Shown here one piece after another: positions 8,960 to 17,818 of a DNA stretch of 36,832 bases. Position numbers and translations under genes: made by a program. The notes beneath the pieces are model-generated. The model worked only from the letters and a program-made list of their open reading frames with translations. It did no database searches and was not told the origin of the DNA. How positions within the stretch are numbered: position 1 is the first letter of the stretch; each line of letters opens with the position of its first letter. This DNA is from a virus, in IMG/VR virus record IMGVR_UViG_3300020045_005151, positions 1 to 36,832 of that record; one strand, given 5' to 3'.

Positions 8960-10081
8960 ATGGAAACGTATAAAATTTTATTTAAAGAGGGAGAAACTAC
9001 AGGAGTTTACGGAATTAGTTTGGTAAACGACCCTGCTATGGAATCGCTTTGGGTAGCATTATCAAAAGAGGAACAAGTACAACTAAAAGCAATTGATAAC
9101 GAAAAGAGAATTGTTTGCGGGGCTGTATTAATTCCAAACAAACCAATTTATAGAAACCAATATGGAAACGAATTTAATATTGTATTTCCTGCTGAAACTA
9201 TAAGATTAGCAAGCGAGGGATTTTTAAAAAATGGTCATCAAAAAAGTTCAACTTTAGAACATAATATTGATACTAAATTGAGTGGTGTTACAATTGTAGA
9301 AAGTTGGATTAAAGAAAGTGAAACTAACGATAAATCTGCAATGTATGGATTTAACGAACCTGTAGGAACTTGGTATGCTTCTATGAAAATTGATAACGAT
9401 GAAGTTTGGAATGATTACGTAAAAACTGGAAAAGTTAAAGGTTTTTCAATTGATGGTTTTTTCGATATGGAGAAAGTAAATTTAAAAAGTGAATATATGA
9501 GTGAACAAAAGAGTTTTATCGATGAGGTAAAACAAATTATTAAAGAGGGTTTAGCTAATTTTTCTTTGAAAAAAGATGAAGTAGAAGTTAAACTCGGTTC
9601 GGTTAATACTGCCGATGGTTCAGTAAAGATAAACTTTGAAGGAGATACAATTGCTACAGGATTAGCTGTAACAATGACTGCTCCCGATGGTTCAGAATTA
9701 CCTTTACCTGATGGCGAGTATAGTTTAGAGGGAGGAATGAATATTACAGTTATGGGTGGTTTAGTCGAAGAAGTTTCTACTGCAAAAGAAGAAACTACAG
9801 ATAACGAAGAGCCTGCAAATCCACAAACTCCAATGAGTACTGATACTCCGCAAGTGAAAAGCGAGAAAGTAACTCAAGAAGTATTTTACCAATTATCAAA
9901 AGAGGATATGGCTTCTTTTATTGTTGAAGTTGGTAATATGATTGATACAAAAGTTGATGCTTTAAAAGTTGAACTTACTAAACAAGAAGAAGTAGTTGAA
10001 CTTACAAAAGCTAAACCTGCTAAGGAAATTGAACACCCTAACAAAGCATTAGAACAATTTAGAAAAACAAAATTAACATAA
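8960..10081 (+). CDS. XkdF-like prohead protease / scaffolding fusion protein (373 aa)
   Basis: N-terminus GVYGISLVNDPAMES... resembles the XkdF (Peptidase_S78_2-like) family. The C-terminal half is acidic and coiled-coil, like a scaffold. It lies immediately upstream of the capsid gene. Confidence 0.55.
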   Translation: METYKILFKEGETTGVYGISLVNDPAMESLWVALSKEEQVQLKAIDNEKRIVCGAVLIPNKPIYRNQYGNEFNIVFPAETIRLASEGFLKNGHQKSSTLEHNIDTKLSGVTIVESWIKESETNDKSAMYGFNEPVGTWYASMKIDNDEVWNDYVKTGKVKGFSIDGFFDMEKVNLKSEYMSEQKSFIDEVKQIIKEGLANFSLKKDEVEVKLGSVNTADGSVKINFEGDTIATGLAVTMTAPDGSELPLPDGEYSLEGGMNITVMGGLVEEVSTAKEETTDNEEPANPQTPMSTDTPQVKSEKVTQEVFYQLSKEDMASFIVEVGNMIDTKVDALKVELTKQEEVVELTKAKPAKEIEHPNKALEQFRKTKLT

Positions 10082-10100
10082 ATAAAAACAAAAAACAGAT

Positions 10101-11123
10101 ATGGCATTAAGTTATACTTATTCGGATTATAGAGGCAAGGCTGCTGAACCGATTTTTGAAGAAATCATTTTTGAGAATGATACAATTGGCAAAAATTTAG
10201 TTGCGTTTGAAACTGATGTAAAAGCGGAAACTATTTTTACAGAAACAACTGCAACCGCTACACTTCAAGCGTACACAAGTGGAGTTCCTACTTCGGCAGG
10301 AGATTTAACAGCTTGGGATAAATTAGTAACTCCTGTAAAAGTTCAATTTTACCAAGAGTTTGACCCAAACTCTTTAAGATTCTCAAGATTTAAAAGAGAT
10401 ATTAAGCCTGGTGCTTGGGAAATTTTATCTAACGAGTTTGAACAATTAGTTATCGGTGGTTTATACGCAAAAAAAGTAGCTTACGCTTTAGAGTATGAAT
10501 TTTGGAATGGTGTAAAATCAGCTACTAAAACTGCTGTAGCTGCATTAACTGCTGGAACTGCTAATACTTCGGTTGGTGCTGCTGAAAAAACTGCTGTTGC
10601 TGCTTTGACTGCATCTCAAATTGATGGTATTTTAGTTAAAATGATTTACAATAGTTCTAACGCTTCGGGAACTGCTGGAGTTGGAACACGTGTTAAAGTT
10701 GCAGGTACTACACTATCTTATTCTAATTTAAAAACAGAATTAGATAAAGTGTATTCCGCTATTCCTGCACTTACTTTAACTAACCAAGAAGCACCAAGAA
10801 TTTACTGCGCTAAAGGAGTTAAGCAAATGATGGTACAAGCTAACAATGTAACAACCGATTATACTAAACCTTTCGATATTTCTCCAAATGCTGATAGTTT
10901 TTACTTTAATGGTTTGGAAGTTGTTTTCGTGCCAATCCCTGCTAACGTAATTATTTGTGCTATTCCATCACATTTAGTATGGTGTACTGATTTGGTTGCT
11001 GATGTAAATCGTTTGGAAATGAACGTAATTGCAAACAACAGAGAAGATATGTTTATTAAACATAATATGACTTTAGAGGCTCACGTAGCTAACCAAGCAT
11101 ATAACGTTTTATACGTAGGATAA
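10101..11123 (+). CDS. major capsid protein (340 aa)
   Basis: Position after the protease/scaffold gene, suitable size, and a hairpin terminator directly after it. Contains the internal 20-aa repeat KTAVAALTA. Confidence 0.65.
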   Translation: MALSYTYSDYRGKAAEPIFEEIIFENDTIGKNLVAFETDVKAETIFTETTATATLQAYTSGVPTSAGDLTAWDKLVTPVKVQFYQEFDPNSLRFSRFKRDIKPGAWEILSNEFEQLVIGGLYAKKVAYALEYEFWNGVKSATKTAVAALTAGTANTSVGAAEKTAVAALTASQIDGILVKMIYNSSNASGTAGVGTRVKVAGTTLSYSNLKTELDKVYSAIPALTLTNQEAPRIYCAKGVKQMMVQANNVTTDYTKPFDISPNADSFYFNGLEVVFVPIPANVIICAIPSHLVWCTDLVADVNRLEMNVIANNREDMFIKHNMTLEAHVANQAYNVLYVG

Positions 11124-11132
11124 TATTAACAT

Positions 11133-11159
11133 AACCACCTTTTAATTAAGGCGGTTTTT
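11133..11159 (+). terminator. hairpin plus T-tract after the capsid gene (probably partial terminator)
   Basis: AACCACCTT (11133-11141) / AAGGCGGTT (11148-11156) with one A/C mismatch, followed by TTT. Confidence 0.5.
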
Positions 11160-11174
11160 AAAACACTATACAAT

Positions 11175-11693
11175 ATGGCTTGTGATATAACTAAAGGGCG
11201 TAAGTTAGGATGTAAAGATTCGAGAGTTGGGATTAAATATGTTGATTTCGCTTTGTACAATGGTGCTGAATTTTCTGTAACAGGTCAAGAGGTTGCTACA
11301 TTACCTGTAGCAGTTGACGAAGTTTTCAGATATGAAGTAAAAGGAGCAGGTAATAAACTTACTGAAACTGCTACTATTGACGCTGAAAAAAGAACTACAG
11401 AAATTAAACAAGGATTAGATTTGTTACTTCCTAAACTTACAAAAGAAAGTGAAGTTGAACTATTATCTTTGATTTACGGACGTGTAATTGCTTTTGTTCA
11501 CGATTTTAACGGAAATGTTTTTTGCGTTGGAATTGATAACGGATTAGACGCTACAACATCAACAAAATCTACAGACGATAGCGGTTATAAGATTACTATG
11601 GAATCTATGGAAACTAAATATAGTCCTTACCTTTCAAGTTCAGCAAAAACTGCATTAACTGCGTTGGTTTCAACATCGAACATTACACCTTAA
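11175..11693 (+). CDS. virion structural protein, possibly tail tube (172 aa)
   Basis: ORF track. Size and position next to the capsid gene, and flanked by terminators, which suggests high expression. The assignment is an inference only. Confidence 0.35.
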   Translation: MACDITKGRKLGCKDSRVGIKYVDFALYNGAEFSVTGQEVATLPVAVDEVFRYEVKGAGNKLTETATIDAEKRTTEIKQGLDLLLPKLTKESEVELLSLIYGRVIAFVHDFNGNVFCVGIDNGLDATTSTKSTDDSGYKITMESMETKYSPYLSSSAKTALTALVSTSNITP

Positions 11694-11715
11694 TAAAAAG
11701 AAATTCTATTTTTTT

Positions 11716-11747
11716 AAACCTATAAGTTAATTTATAGGTTTTTTTTT
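11716..11747 (+). terminator. intrinsic terminator
   Basis: AACCTATAA (11717-11725) / TTATAGGTT (11732-11740), perfect 9-bp stem, followed by T7. Confidence 0.75.
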
Positions 11748-11758
11748 GTTATATATAT

Positions 11759-13435
11759 ATGGAAGAAAATAAGCAAAATATAGATATATTTCAATTATCT
11801 AATTATGTACGACCTGATGTTAAGGAAGTAGCCAATAAAGAATGGGTAATGAATGGAGAAAAAAACTCTTTCTACACCTATATAATTGACCGATATAATG
11901 GGTCTCCTACAAATAGAGCGATTATTGATAGTTATGCAAAGTTTATTTATGGTAAGGGATTAATGAGTAAACAACAAACTCAAAAACCTTTACAATTTGC
12001 TGAAATACAGAAAGCGATTAGCAAAAAAGATTTAAGAAACATTTGTCAAGATTATGCTTTATTTAGCGAGAGTTCATTAGAAGTAATTTACGATACCAAA
12101 GGAAATATACAACGTATTAAACACGTTCCTAAAAATCAGATATTACCAAATAAAATGAATAGCGAAGGAGATATTGAGGGATATTGGTTTTCTTTAGACT
12201 TTAACCAACCAAGAAAATACGAGGCTAAATATTTTGAAAAATGGACTGCTGGAGGGAAAAAATCAGGCTCTTATATTTATATTATTTCAACTTACCAAGT
12301 AGGCAAAACATATTTTACAGACCCTATTTATATGGCGGGTTTACCTTATGCTGAAATGGAAGAAAGGGTTGCAAACTTTTGCATTAACTATATTACAAAT
12401 GGTTTTAGTATTGATAAAATTATCAATATGAATCAAGGTGAGCCAAGTGAAGAAGTTAGACTACAAGTAAAAAAAGCATTTAAACGAGATGCAACAGGGA
12501 ATGAAAACGCAGGAAATGTTTTTATAAATTACAATATAGATAAAGATAGCGCAATAACTATTGAAAATGTAGAAATTCAAGACGCTTATCAACAATTCGA
12601 GTATTTAAGTAAAGAGGCAAGTACAAAGATAATGATTAGCCATAAAGTAGTTAATCCTATTATGTTTGGTGTAAAATCTGATGTAGGTTTAGGAAATAAC
12701 GCTAATGAAATGGAAACTGCTTTTAATGAAAGTGAAAAAATGGTAGTTGTACCTATGAAAGAGCCTATTTTAGACGCTTTAATGGAAATCACAGAGAATG
12801 TTATTGATTTAGACTTTATCCCTTTAAGACAACCGCAAACTATACAGCCTACTCAATTAAGTAAACAAGAACACGAACATCAAAATCCAATTATTGCCGA
12901 TGCTTTAATCGAATTAGGCGAACAAATAACAGAGGATTGGGAGTTAATAGATGAGATTGAACAGGTTGGAACACCTAAATTAAGTGAAACGTCGTTAAAT
13001 TTAGCTAAAACATTTTCAAGTTTTCCAAATGTAACGAGTGAACAAGACACGAGCTTGTTTAAAATTCGTTATAAATATGCAGGAAGTCCAATAACTGACG
13101 AAACAAGAGAATTTTGTACCAAAATGATGAAAGCCGATAAAGTATATCGAAAAGAAGATATAGAAATAGCTGAAACAAAAGTAGTAAACGCAGGTTTAGG
13201 ATTGAAAGGTGCAGATACTTATTCAATTTGGTTATATAAAGGCGGTGTAAATTGTAAACACTTTTGGCAACGTCAAATATATTTAAGAAAAGGGAATAAT
13301 TCACTATCGGTAAACGAAGCGAGAAAAATGATTTTAGATTTAGACCCTAAAGATAGACCTTTAGCAAAATGGCAACAAAACGACCCAATTGTAGCACAAC
13401 CTGCACAGGATAGTAATAATAATTTCAGAGCGTAA
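11759..13435 (+). CDS. portal protein fused to a Mu-F/SPP1 gp7-like head-morphogenesis domain (558 aa)
   Basis: N-terminal NRAIIDSYAKFIYGKGL resembles SPP1 gp6-type portals. C-terminal RYKYAGSPITDETREFCTKMM...GGVNCKHFWQRQ resembles the Mu-F family C...NC(R/K)(C/H) motif. Confidence 0.6.
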   Translation: MEENKQNIDIFQLSNYVRPDVKEVANKEWVMNGEKNSFYTYIIDRYNGSPTNRAIIDSYAKFIYGKGLMSKQQTQKPLQFAEIQKAISKKDLRNICQDYALFSESSLEVIYDTKGNIQRIKHVPKNQILPNKMNSEGDIEGYWFSLDFNQPRKYEAKYFEKWTAGGKKSGSYIYIISTYQVGKTYFTDPIYMAGLPYAEMEERVANFCINYITNGFSIDKIINMNQGEPSEEVRLQVKKAFKRDATGNENAGNVFINYNIDKDSAITIENVEIQDAYQQFEYLSKEASTKIMISHKVVNPIMFGVKSDVGLGNNANEMETAFNESEKMVVVPMKEPILDALMEITENVIDLDFIPLRQPQTIQPTQLSKQEHEHQNPIIADALIELGEQITEDWELIDEIEQVGTPKLSETSLNLAKTFSSFPNVTSEQDTSLFKIRYKYAGSPITDETREFCTKMMKADKVYRKEDIEIAETKVVNAGLGLKGADTYSIWLYKGGVNCKHFWQRQIYLRKGNNSLSVNEARKMILDLDPKDRPLAKWQQNDPIVAQPAQDSNNNFRA

Positions 13436-14001
13436 TGGATATACTATTAATTGATTTAACAGCAGGAGACTTAACTAAAGCAACTCCTTTAGGTGGTAAT
13501 ATTGATATTGACCGCTACAATTTTTGTGTATTAGATGCTCAAAATTCAAAAGTGCGTGAATTGTTAGGCGATGAGTTATATACTAAAATAGAAACTGATT
13601 ACGTTGCTGAAACTTTAACAGGTAATTATTTAGAATTATACACTAACTTTGTAAAACCAATAATTATACATCAAAGCGCAGTTGAATATTTAACTATAGG
13701 TAGTTTTCAAGTTTCTAATGGTGGTATTTATAAACATACACCTGCTAACGGAACACCTGTTGAAATGAGCGATGTAAAATTTATTTTAGATGCACAACGT
13801 ACAAAAGTGGAAATGTACGAGGAGCGTTTAATGCGTTGGCTTTTAAGAGTTCGACCAAATGAATATAATTGGCATTATGAAAATATCGTTAACCCTACAT
13901 TTGGAAATAATAGTATATTGAATTTTGATATAGTAGGAAATAACACAAAGAAATGGAACGAAAAACCCGACAACCGAATGGACAATTGCTTCGGAAATTA
14001 G
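13435..14001 (+). CDS. putative head-tail connector/adaptor (188 aa)
   Basis: ORF track. ATG overlaps the portal stop. The call rests on position only. Confidence 0.3.
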   Translation: MDILLIDLTAGDLTKATPLGGNIDIDRYNFCVLDAQNSKVRELLGDELYTKIETDYVAETLTGNYLELYTNFVKPIIIHQSAVEYLTIGSFQVSNGGIYKHTPANGTPVEMSDVKFILDAQRTKVEMYEERLMRWLLRVRPNEYNWHYENIVNPTFGNNSILNFDIVGNNTKKWNEKPDNRMDNCFGN

Positions 14002-14037
14002 AAATCTATTTGTCTAAAAAAGAAAAAGAAAAACAAA

Positions 14038-15549
14038 ATGGCACAACAGCACCTAAACGTAGGAACGACATCTAACGACGGAACAGGAGATACTTTAAGA
14101 GCCTCGCAAATAAAAGTTGAGGCTAATTTTGATGAGTTATACGCAAGACCTGACTTTACCGATGCACCAAGCAATGGTAATACTTACGGACGTAAAGATG
14201 GTGCTTGGGAGGAGGTTACAGGCGGTAGCGGAACAACTCCAACGCTTCAAGCGGTTACAACTGAGGGGAATGAAACGACAGACGAGATTAAAGCGTTTAT
14301 GTTAAGTGTTGGTCAAGGAACTGGAACAACTCGTTTAATAGCTGATGAAACTGGTGTATTGGTTTCTTATGATAATTTATTGATTAGAGCTAGTGACTAT
14401 GAAACAAGTGGAAATGATACACAAGTAATAGCAGTTTCTACTGGTAATAATGTTCAATCATTACAAGATACTTCGGGAACTATTGCATTAACATCCGACA
14501 TCCCCACAACCGCAACAGAAGTAGACGCTCTTAAACGTGACGGAAGCAATGCTAATGCAGATGTTGATATTGCAACCGCTGGTTATAGTTTTATTACCAA
14601 AACAATAAAAATAGGCTATCCAGCTTTACAAATGGAGGTTAAATCTGATAATCTTTTATATAATCATACCGCACAATGGCAAAACCAAGAATATACTGGG
14701 ATTGAGGATATTTCTAATAAAGGTGTAGCAAATGGTTATGCTCCATTAAATTCATCTTCACAAGTGCCAAGTGCAAATCTACCAGCGTATGTTGATGATA
14801 TTATAGAGGGGTACTTATTAGCGGGTGTTTTTTATGAAGAAGTCACGCATACAACAGTTATAACTGGCGAAGTAGGAAAAATATACATAGATTTAACAAT
14901 CGGTCAATCTTCTAAACAATATCGTTGGAGTGGCTCTGTTTACAATCAGATTACAAATGGATTTATAGCAAGCACTGCCGATGTTCCTGATAGTACTGAT
15001 AAAAGGTATCAAACAGATGCACAACAAGCGTATAACGACGCTACAAGTTCTATACAAACGCAAATAGATAGTAAGCAAAATGCATTATCATATACGCCTT
15101 TTAAATATGTACAAACAAGTCAAACTTTACACACTGGAACAACTTCTGAAACAATTGTAGCTACTGAAACAATATCAGGAGGTGTTTTTAACGCAAACGA
15201 TAGCATGAAAGCGTTATTTAAATGTACCAAAGTAGTGTCTACTTCAACTGTTACAATGCGTTTAAGAATCAACACAAGTAATACGCTTTCAGGAGCTACT
15301 TTAATTGGTACTTTAACATTAGGAACTGCTAATACTTATGGAAAAATGAATAGGACTTTTGATTTAAACGGAGGTACTTTATACGGATATAATTTTGCAA
15401 GTTCATTAGCTACTGATAACACGGCTGTTAATACAGCTGGAGGTTCTGCATCTTATAACACTGCAAATACTTTATACTTCTTTTGGACTGTACAATTAGG
15501 AACGTCAAGCGATAGTGTTACACCTAATTTAGCTAACTTAACAAACTAA
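14038..15549 (+). CDS. tail fibre / receptor-binding protein (503 aa)
   Basis: N-terminal VGTTSNDGTGDTLRASQIKVEANFDELY is a widely conserved fibre/baseplate attachment motif. The rest is T/S/G/N-rich. Confidence 0.65.
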   Translation: MAQQHLNVGTTSNDGTGDTLRASQIKVEANFDELYARPDFTDAPSNGNTYGRKDGAWEEVTGGSGTTPTLQAVTTEGNETTDEIKAFMLSVGQGTGTTRLIADETGVLVSYDNLLIRASDYETSGNDTQVIAVSTGNNVQSLQDTSGTIALTSDIPTTATEVDALKRDGSNANADVDIATAGYSFITKTIKIGYPALQMEVKSDNLLYNHTAQWQNQEYTGIEDISNKGVANGYAPLNSSSQVPSANLPAYVDDIIEGYLLAGVFYEEVTHTTVITGEVGKIYIDLTIGQSSKQYRWSGSVYNQITNGFIASTADVPDSTDKRYQTDAQQAYNDATSSIQTQIDSKQNALSYTPFKYVQTSQTLHTGTTSETIVATETISGGVFNANDSMKALFKCTKVVSTSTVTMRLRINTSNTLSGATLIGTLTLGTANTYGKMNRTFDLNGGTLYGYNFASSLATDNTAVNTAGGSASYNTANTLYFFWTVQLGTSSDSVTPNLANLTN

Positions 15550-15550
15550 T

Positions 15551-15700
15551 ATGAAAACGATAATTGATAAAAATACAGAAGAAGTACTTTACTCAACAAT
15601 GTTTGAAGTAGAACTATTAGAAAATGAAATTGCAGTTGATGGATTGAGTGGCGATTTCACACATTATAATTTAGTAACCAAAGAATTTTATAACAAATGA
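15551..15700 (+). CDS. small hypothetical protein (49 aa)
   Basis: Hand-translated 50 codons. The stop overlaps the next ATG (ATGA at 15697). Confidence 0.4.
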   Translation: MKTIIDKNTEEVLYSTMFEVELLENEIAVDGLSGDFTHYNLVTKEFYNK

Positions 15701-15960
15701 AAAACTTTATAAAAAACAATTACGATAGGCATTTACTTTATACTTTTGTAATATTCTTTTTTGCATTATTTAGAATGGATATAAAAGATTGCGAGTGGTT
15801 CGGGATTTTATTTATTTCTACATTATTTGCTTTCATTCTAAATTTAGGTAGAGAAATGTATTATGAGAAATTCCACGAAGTGCCTTTCGATATTTACGAT
15901 GCTATTTATGGTGGCGTAGGTGGTTTATTAGCTGGAATAACATTTTTAACATTTATATAA
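15697..15960 (+). CDS. small membrane protein, holin candidate (87 aa, about 3 TM segments)
   Basis: Hydrophobic segments LLYTFVIFFFALF, WFGILFISTLFAFILNL and GGVGGLLAGITFLTFI. Lies upstream of the endolysin. Confidence 0.5.
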   Translation: MKNFIKNNYDRHLLYTFVIFFFALFRMDIKDCEWFGILFISTLFAFILNLGREMYYEKFHEVPFDIYDAIYGGVGGLLAGITFLTFI

Positions 15961-15961
15961 T

Positions 15962-16081
15962 ATGAAAGAATTAAACGACGAAGAACAAAAATTAGTAGAT
16001 GAGGCGTATGCAATTTTAGCTAAAAGCGAGGCTACATCGAAATTGTTTATTGGAACACCAATTCCGCCTAAAAAACCATAA
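15962..16081 (+). CDS. small hypothetical protein (39 aa)
   Basis: Hand-translated MKELNDEEQKLVDEAYAILAKSEATSKLFIGTPIPPKKP. TAATG overlap with the next gene. Confidence 0.35.
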   Translation: MKELNDEEQKLVDEAYAILAKSEATSKLFIGTPIPPKKP

Positions 16082-16467
16082 TGAAAAGAATAGGAATATA
16101 CATAATTATTTATAATTTATTTTGCTTATCGGTATTAACTACTGAATGGTATAGTAAAATGATAACTATGTATATTCCGTTCTATGATTACGTTAAAAGT
16201 GAAAGATATAATTTTATGGATTTTTTAGATACGCCTTTTTATTTTGTAGCATTATATTTTATTTTGTTCTGCAGAAGAAAAATGAGTTATATGCAAAAAG
16301 TATCGATTATCTGTTTAATACCTTACTTGACTTTTAAAGTTATCAATATGAATTATTTGAACTTAGGATATAAAGACTTTATGTTTTGGAATATATTTTT
16401 TATTTTTATAGTTCCTATTGTTTTATTTTTAGAAAATAAAATAAATTATGATAGGTTTAATAAATGA
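16081..16467 (+). CDS. membrane protein (128 aa, about 4 TM segments)
   Basis: ORF track. Four hydrophobic stretches. Confidence 0.5.
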   Translation: MKRIGIYIIIYNLFCLSVLTTEWYSKMITMYIPFYDYVKSERYNFMDFLDTPFYFVALYFILFCRRKMSYMQKVSIICLIPYLTFKVINMNYLNLGYKDFMFWNIFFIFIVPIVLFLENKINYDRFNK

Positions 16468-16681
16468 TACCTTAAAGGCTAATAAAAAATGGTCACAAAA
16501 ACGACTAATGACGTTTAGTAGTTTCTTTGTGGCTTCTATTTATGCTTTTATTCCAATTTTTTTACCTAATTTTGAAGTCAAAGAGTTTGTTTTTTTAGGT
16601 TTTTTAGGGGTTGGTGGTTTTTCAATTTATAGAACACAAAAAACGAATGAGAATATAAATAGTAATAACGAAAATGTTTAA
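16448..16681 (+). CDS. small membrane protein, class II holin-like (77 aa, 2 TM segments)
   Basis: TM segments FSSFFVASIYAFIPIFL and FVFLGFLGVGGFSIY, with a polar charged C-terminal tail. Confidence 0.5.
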   Translation: MIGLINDTLKANKKWSQKRLMTFSSFFVASIYAFIPIFLPNFEVKEFVFLGFLGVGGFSIYRTQKTNENINSNNENV

Positions 16682-17012
16682 ACACTTTTACCACATAGCC
16701 GATTATGTTTTTGGATTTATAGGAGGCTTTGCTTTTTTAGATGCTATTAAAGTACAAATAGGATTACTTCAAAATATTGATAATTCAATTAAGTTAGGTT
16801 CTTCTTTATTGGCTTTTGTTTATTTCGGATTACGAATATTCTTTTATTATCATAAATCAAAAGGAGAAATAGCTTTACAAAAAGAACAAATCAGAGAATT
16901 AGAAATAAAGAACAACGAAAAAGATTTGACAAATCACATATTTGGTCAACAATTAAAATCTATTCCGATTGATGAATATAACGCAAGTAAAGAACGATTA
17001 AAAGGAAAATAA
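16674..17012 (+). CDS. membrane protein with C-terminal coiled coil (112 aa)
   Basis: Two N-terminal TM segments, then a K/E-rich helix (EIALQKEQIRELEIKNNEKD). Confidence 0.5.
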   Translation: MFKHFYHIADYVFGFIGGFAFLDAIKVQIGLLQNIDNSIKLGSSLLAFVYFGLRIFFYYHKSKGEIALQKEQIRELEIKNNEKDLTNHIFGQQLKSIPIDEYNASKERLKGK

Positions 17013-17014
17013 AT

Positions 17015-17170
17015 ATGAAAAAACTAATTAAAGTATATTTTTGGATAGGTGTAAACGTTATCGGAATACCTGAGTTGTTTATACATGAAAAGCAAACTTA
17101 TGAAGTTAAAAGTAAGTTTTTCGGAGTTAAAAAACAAACTACTATTAATCAATATTTAGATTTATTATAA
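17015..17170 (+). CDS. small protein with one hydrophobic segment (51 aa)
   Basis: Hand-translated MKKLIKVYFWIGVNVIGIPELFIHEKQ.... TAATG overlap with the endolysin start. Confidence 0.35.
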   Translation: MKKLIKVYFWIGVNVIGIPELFIHEKQTYEVKSKFFGVKKQTTINQYLDLL

Positions 17171-17625
17171 TGACAGAATTAGCAAAACAAACAATAGCCT
17201 CAGCAATTACGCAATTAGGAGTTACAGAAGTTCCGAAAGGGAGCAACAGAGGTAAAGACGTTGAAAAATATTTAGCGAGTTGTGGGCTAGGTGGTGGTTA
17301 TAGTTGGTGTATGGCTTTCGTATTTTGGAACGTTATTCAAGGTAGCATAAAAGCTGGTGTAAGGAATCCGTTATTTAAAACCGCTGGAGTTTTAGCACAA
17401 TGGAACGCTTCTAAATTATTGCAAACTACTACACCAGATAAAGGATATATCTTTATAATGGATTACGGAAAAGGACAAGGACATACTGGAATTGTCGAGT
17501 ATGTAGATGGAAACAATATACACACAATTGAGGGAAATACAAACGACGAGGGAAGTCGAGAGGGTTACGAGGTTTGTCGTAGAGTTCGACAATTAAAAAC
17601 TATTAAAGGTTTTTTGAAGATATAA
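17170..17625 (+). CDS. endolysin, CHAP / NlpC-P60-type peptidoglycan hydrolase (151 aa)
   Basis: GSNRGKDVEKYL...GGGYSWCMAFVFW (catalytic Cys context), GQGHTGIV (His) and IEGNTN. This is the typical CHAP-family phage lysin pattern. Confidence 0.8.
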   Translation: MTELAKQTIASAITQLGVTEVPKGSNRGKDVEKYLASCGLGGGYSWCMAFVFWNVIQGSIKAGVRNPLFKTAGVLAQWNASKLLQTTTPDKGYIFIMDYGKGQGHTGIVEYVDGNNIHTIEGNTNDEGSREGYEVCRRVRQLKTIKGFLKI

Positions 17626-17645
17626 TTTAGAACAATTATAAATTA
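17621..17645. repeat. 25-bp partially palindromic repeat, copy A (TATAATTTAGAAcaaTTATAAATTA)
   Basis: 22/25 identical to 17998-18022. Internal arms TAATTTA (17623-17629) / TAAATTA (17639-17645). Overlaps the endolysin stop codon. Confidence 0.6.
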
Positions 17646-17758
17646 ACCTATAACTATTGCGTATTAAAAAATAAGTAGTATTTTTACAATCAATAATTTT
17701 TTAATCTAAATCATAGACGTATGAAAAAATATTAATTAGAGGCGCACTCACAGACACT

Positions 17759-17788
17759 AAACCGATTGTTAATTCAGTCGGTTTTTTT
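17759..17788 (+). terminator. intrinsic terminator after the lysis cassette
   Basis: Stem 17759-17768 / 17775-17784 (AAACCGATTG / CAGTCGGTTT with one G-U pair), followed by a T-run to 17788. Confidence 0.7.
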
Positions 17789-17804
17789 ATTTATAATATT
17801 TTTG

Positions 17805-17812
17805 TATATTTG
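17805..17812 (+). promoter_or_regulatory. -7 box TATATTTG
   Basis: Exact TAnnTTTG match between two terminators. No canonical -33 element. Confidence 0.4.
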
Positions 17813-17818
17813 TATTAA

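Noticed and set aside
14117-14305. A 62-aa + strand ORF in an alternative frame inside the tail fibre gene.
   Set aside because: It is entirely nested in the 503-aa fibre ORF. The sequence is Arg/Leu/Gln-rich and unlike a natural protein, and it has no start context.
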